Assembly: GCF_046119375.1 (NCBI RefSeq) | Contig: NW_027362773.1 | Coordinates: 213,838,001-213,902,000, forward strand | Direction of reading: 5' to 3' | DNA from: Phyllobates terribilis | Taxonomy: Eukaryota | DNA: 64,000 nt | Part shown: in pieces, positions 60,017 to 64,000 of the stretch | Numbering within the stretch: the stretch's first letter is position 1 | Layout of the letters: each line of letters begins with the position of its first letter | The notes under the pieces: generated by a model | Told to the model about the DNA's origin: nothing | Database searches by the model: none | The model's input: the letters and a program-made list of their open reading frames with translations, nothing else | Translations under genes and position numbers: made by a program

Positions 60017-61309
60017 AGTGTCTCAGTTTTGCCTGAAAATGTTCTTATAGGAATGAGGCCATAATGCCATGTGCGCATAGCTTTTTTTTAGGAGTCTTTT
60101 ACAGCAGGTTTTCTTTAAAAAAAAAACGCTTAAAAATAGCTAAAAAAAAAATCTTGAAAGACTTCTATTAATTTCTATTGAAAAACAATTTGCTGTTCAT
60201 ATGTTCAGTCTTTGGAATATTTCTTATTAAATTCACATTTACACATTTACGTTACAATAGAAGTCAATGGGAAAGCTAAAAAAAAACAACACAAAAATGC
60301 CTGTTTTTATTTTGAAGGGTTTTGTAAAAAATTTTGAGGCGTCTAAAAAAACCTCTAGCGCTTAATTCATTAATGGATTTAAAAAAAAATGTCCCAGAAA
60401 TTGTCTAAAAAAGTTTTTTTATTTTTTAACGTTAACGTGTTTTCAGAAAACGCTTCTGGAAATGTTAACAAATCGCTAAAATATAAAAAATTCAGGACAA
60501 AAAATGGCTAGCAAAATCCAACATGGAAGGAGCAAGATCTGAAGCAATTTCAGGAAAAACTTGTAATTTTTGACTGCCTAAAAAAAATTAAAAATACTGT
60601 ATGAACATCCCCTAACTGTTCTTATACTGGTTGGTCATGGATGATTTTCTTAAGGTTATAAAGGGGATTACCGGTTTCAGAAAACCTCTGTCATCTTTGT
60701 CCGCTGCTCCCCGTGTCTGTTATTATCTGCAGCGCTGACGTCACATCAACAGCGCTGCAGTCAATCAGTGACGTTAGAGCGACTCGTGCCATCAACTCGG
60801 GCAGAGCTGCTGATTAGCTGCAGCGCTGCAGACAATAACACATACTAGAATCAGCGGTGGAGACAAAGAGCTGGACCAGGGGAGGATGATGTTTTTTCAA
60901 GCAAACTACAGCTGAGGGAGAAAGGCTTTACGAAACCAGAATATTCTTTAATGGATGAAAAAAATCTTCCTGGAGTTTGTATGTCCTCCCATAGTTTACA
61001 TAGAGATATTCAGGTTTCCTCCGTGCTCCAAAACCAGATCTGAAACTCAGTAATGTGATGTCATTTATGTCTGTATTTAAGCTGTATTTTTCTGTAATGA
61101 TCTCTACCTATTTATCCACAATAAAAGCCATTTGTAGTGACCACAATGGTGTACGTGTGCTCAGCTGTGTATAGCTAGAGACCATGCACCTGTCCGGCTG
61201 GGTGTGCCGCCTTGTTTATTTGATGGGGAGGGGAGATATTTTCGCTCCTCCATCATTTACAGCTTACTGTACAACAACAGGCTTGAAATCTCAGTTCTGT
61301 CCAAGAACC

Positions 61310-61622
61310 ATGTGGATTTTGTGCTACTTGACCTTACTTCTCTTGACCGAATGTCACGTCAACTTTGCCCAATGTCCCGGCACCCAGAAGAATGTAGGAG
61401 GCCATTGCATTCAGCTCGTCAATCAAGAGTTGACTTATGATGGAGCAAAAGCTTGGTGCCAGAAACAAGATGGACGGTTGGCCCAGATTGGAAACCAGAA
61501 CACACTAGATGAAATATTACTGCTAATTAAAGATGAGGGATCTTACTGGATTGAAGTCGTGTCACCTATAAAAGACCAGATGGCGCAAGGTAGCCAAATT
61601 CAAGGCAGCAAGAATAAAAGAG
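61310..61622 (+). CDS. First coding exon of a probable tandem PKD1L3-like paralog (signal peptide and N-half of C-type lectin)
   Basis: aaccATG; MWILCYLTLLLLTECHVNFAQCPG...HCIQLV...TYDGAKAWCQKQDGRLAQI...SYWI...NKR|gtaagc (phase 1). Same exon architecture as 26566-26836. The downstream domains lie outside the window. Confidence 0.75.
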
Positions 61623-63027
61623 GTAAGCTCGAGAAATAGCTCTGAGAGAAGGCAAATGAAGATGAAATAGTCTACGTATGGGGGAAATTTAGGGTTTGAC
61701 CCATCTGGTCTTGCCTTGGATTTTGTGACCAAGAGCAGGTCTTCTGTTTCCAAAGGAATTGGAACCAACACAAGGGTCACACTATTATATTGTATGCTAC
61801 AATATTAAAAACTACCATTCCTCAAGATGTGGTGGATATGCCATGTCCCTTAAGGAGGGGCCATATTTTCAATCAGTGTGCTGTCCATGTGCTAAGCGGA
61901 AACTCAATGGACACACTGATCCAATAGTAATTTTTCACACCGACTAATAAAAAAAATGCAGCTTGCACTAGTATGGTTCGTTGCATGCCCAAAGCATGCA
62001 GCACAGAGTTGCACATGGAGCCAGTCAAATCCAAAATTTGCGGCTTAAAAACTTTTTTAAAACGTTGCAAAATTTTTGCACAAATTTACTGTATTCCAAT
62101 ACCCCCTCCTTGAATTATTTTATGTATGTCCAGTATTTTTGGGCAAATTTTGTGTCATTCTAGTGGAACATGCATTTTTTTCTGCAATGCCTTGCAAAAA
62201 AAAATTTAAAGACAAAAATAATTAGCTTTTTTAATTCTGTGCAAAATTCATGAACTATGTGCACCATTTTGAAAAATTTGCTGCCAAAAATGTCAATAAA
62301 TATCGCAAGAAAAGAAAAGTGACTTAAAAAAAAACAAAAACAAAACCCCACACAAATGATCAATTGGTTCAATATTTCAAAGTTTTTTTCCTTTATTGTT
62401 TGCCTTGTTTTTCTTCCCCATCTATTGATAAAGTTGCACATTGTGCTCTGTGCATAAATTTATTGTATCTACATAAATTTAAGAACTTACGCACACAGCA
62501 TACTGCCTCTGCCATATATAGGCTCCATCTCTTCCCTAGAAGCAATGCATATAGAGTTCAATGGAATATGCCACCATTTTTTCTACACTAATCAGCCTGA
62601 TAAAGCCTTTGTAAAAAAAATGGAAATACAGTAGAGGTCTCATGCACCAATATTAAAATCTCTATAGAGCCATAATACAGCTGTTTGCATGACATCTTAA
62701 TCCATACAAAAGGAGCTATTAATACAACCCTAAAGGGTTTTTCTGCTTTTAATATTAATGACCTATCTTTAGGTTCTGTTGTGTAATGATCATATATACT
62801 ACAAATTAATGGTATAAGCTGGTAGTACAATTTATGGCCTTTACTCAATGTACAGACCTGTGCCATCCTTGGTATGGGCAATATCTTCAATCAGCTAATT
62901 AGTGGGGGTGCCAGGAGTTGTACTGGTGAAAAAATACTCTGGATTTTGGATGAAGCTACCTTTTGGAAATACTTTATACGTCCTGTGTAAAAATACTTTA
63001 TTTTGTACTTGATTAACCTATTGTTAG

Positions 63028-63960
63028 AACCAGAACAAGATCAAAACCAACAACAAGACCAACAACAGGACAGTCGAGAAGTTCAGCATAAAGATGTACA
63101 GGAAGACCAAAATGAAAGACAACAAGGCAACGGAGAAGATACGCAAAAAAATGAACCACAAAACCAACAAGAAGACCAACACAGAGGAAAAGACGAAGAC
63201 CAACAAGACCAATACAAAGGAAAAAATGAAGACAAAGAGGGCCAAAAAGACCAACAAGACCAACAAAAAGGAAAAGATGACCAACAAGAAGACCAACAAG
63301 ACCAACACAGAGGAAAAGATGAAGACCAAGAAGACCTATACAAAAGAGAAAATGAAGGCCAACAGGGCCAAAAAGACCAACAAGACGAACAAAAAGGAAA
63401 AGACCAACAAGACCAACACAGAGGAAAAGACGAAGACCAAGAAGACCTATACAAAAGAGAAAATAAAGACCAACAGGGCCAAAAAGACGAACAAAAAGGA
63501 AAAGACCAACAAGACCAACACAGAGGAAAAGGCGATGACCAAGAAGACCTATACAAAAGAGAAAATAAAGACCAACAGGGCCAAAAAGACCAACAAGACC
63601 AACAAAAAGGAAAAGACCAACAAGACCAACACAGAGGAAAAGACGAAGACCAAGAAGACCTATACAAAAGAGAAAATAATGACCAACAAGGCCAAAATGA
63701 CCAACAGGACCAACAAAAAGGAAAAGACCAACAAGACCAACACAGAGGAAAAGACAAAGACCAACAAGACCTATACAAAAGAGAAAATGAAGACCAACAG
63801 GGCAAAAATGACCAACAAGGGCAACAAAAAGGAATAGACAATCAAGAAGACCAAAATGAAGGAGAGAACACAGATAAAAGCAAATATGATAAAAAAGAAA
63901 GACACCAAGAACACGACGAAGAGAGAGACTATGATTTCAAGAACCACCACACAGAACATG
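63028..63960 (+). CDS. Paralog exon 2: 311-codon Gln/Asp/Glu/Lys-rich tandem-repeat exon
   Basis: attgttag|AA CCA GAA...CAT G|gtaggt; 933 nt, phase 1-1, open throughout; about 37-aa (111-bp) unit, with HRGK x6 and DLYKREN x5. Confidence 0.78.
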
Positions 63961-64000
63961 GTAGGTGTTAAGTCAAAATGTTGTAGTAGTCTGGGTGGGA

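Noticed and set aside
61184-61309. Upstream ATG extending the paralog's first exon by 42 aa
   Set aside because: The extension is not signal-peptide-like; the ATG at 61310 directly precedes a hydrophobic signal sequence. Not fully excluded.
63024-63959. Cys/Trp-rich and hydrophobic antisense ORFs, and the K/T/N-rich alternative-frame ORF
   Set aside because: Shadows of the repeat exon. Only the Q/D/E/K frame fits the phase-1 splice from 61622.

Overview
Intron-rich, transposon-dense vertebrate DNA. The repeat families (Tc1, hAT and TTAA-target MITEs, Penelope-like remnants) suggest a neobatrachian frog; this is inferred, not proven. Four gene loci were assembled by hand from GT-AG sites and reading-frame continuity. 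(1) The 5' end (CpG/ETS/YY1 promoter plus first exon) of an unidentified minus-strand gene at about 5.9-6.1 kb. (2) A complete 9-exon DHODH on the minus strand (CDS 18874 to 11704, 405 aa). (3) A divergent polycystin-1-family gene (PKD1L3 by position, PKD1L2-like in its membrane region): 22 frame-consistent exons from 26566 to 55017 plus a probable short terminal exon at 57274-57308, about 1111 aa. It encodes signal peptide, C-type lectin, furin site, GAIN/GPS, TM1, PLAT and TM2-5, but no TRPP-type channel module. (4) The first two coding exons of a probable tandem paralog (61310-61622, 63028-63960), in which a 933-bp exon of 37-aa Q/D/E/K repeats follows the first half of the lectin domain. 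The most notable observations are the channel-less but intact polycystin gene next to the repeat-bearing paralog, an in-frame micro-exon at the DHODH promoter, and four minimal hammerhead-ribozyme-like motifs in Penelope-type remnants, two of which share an A3:U8 compensatory core. All homology statements are from memory of the protein families; no database search was run.
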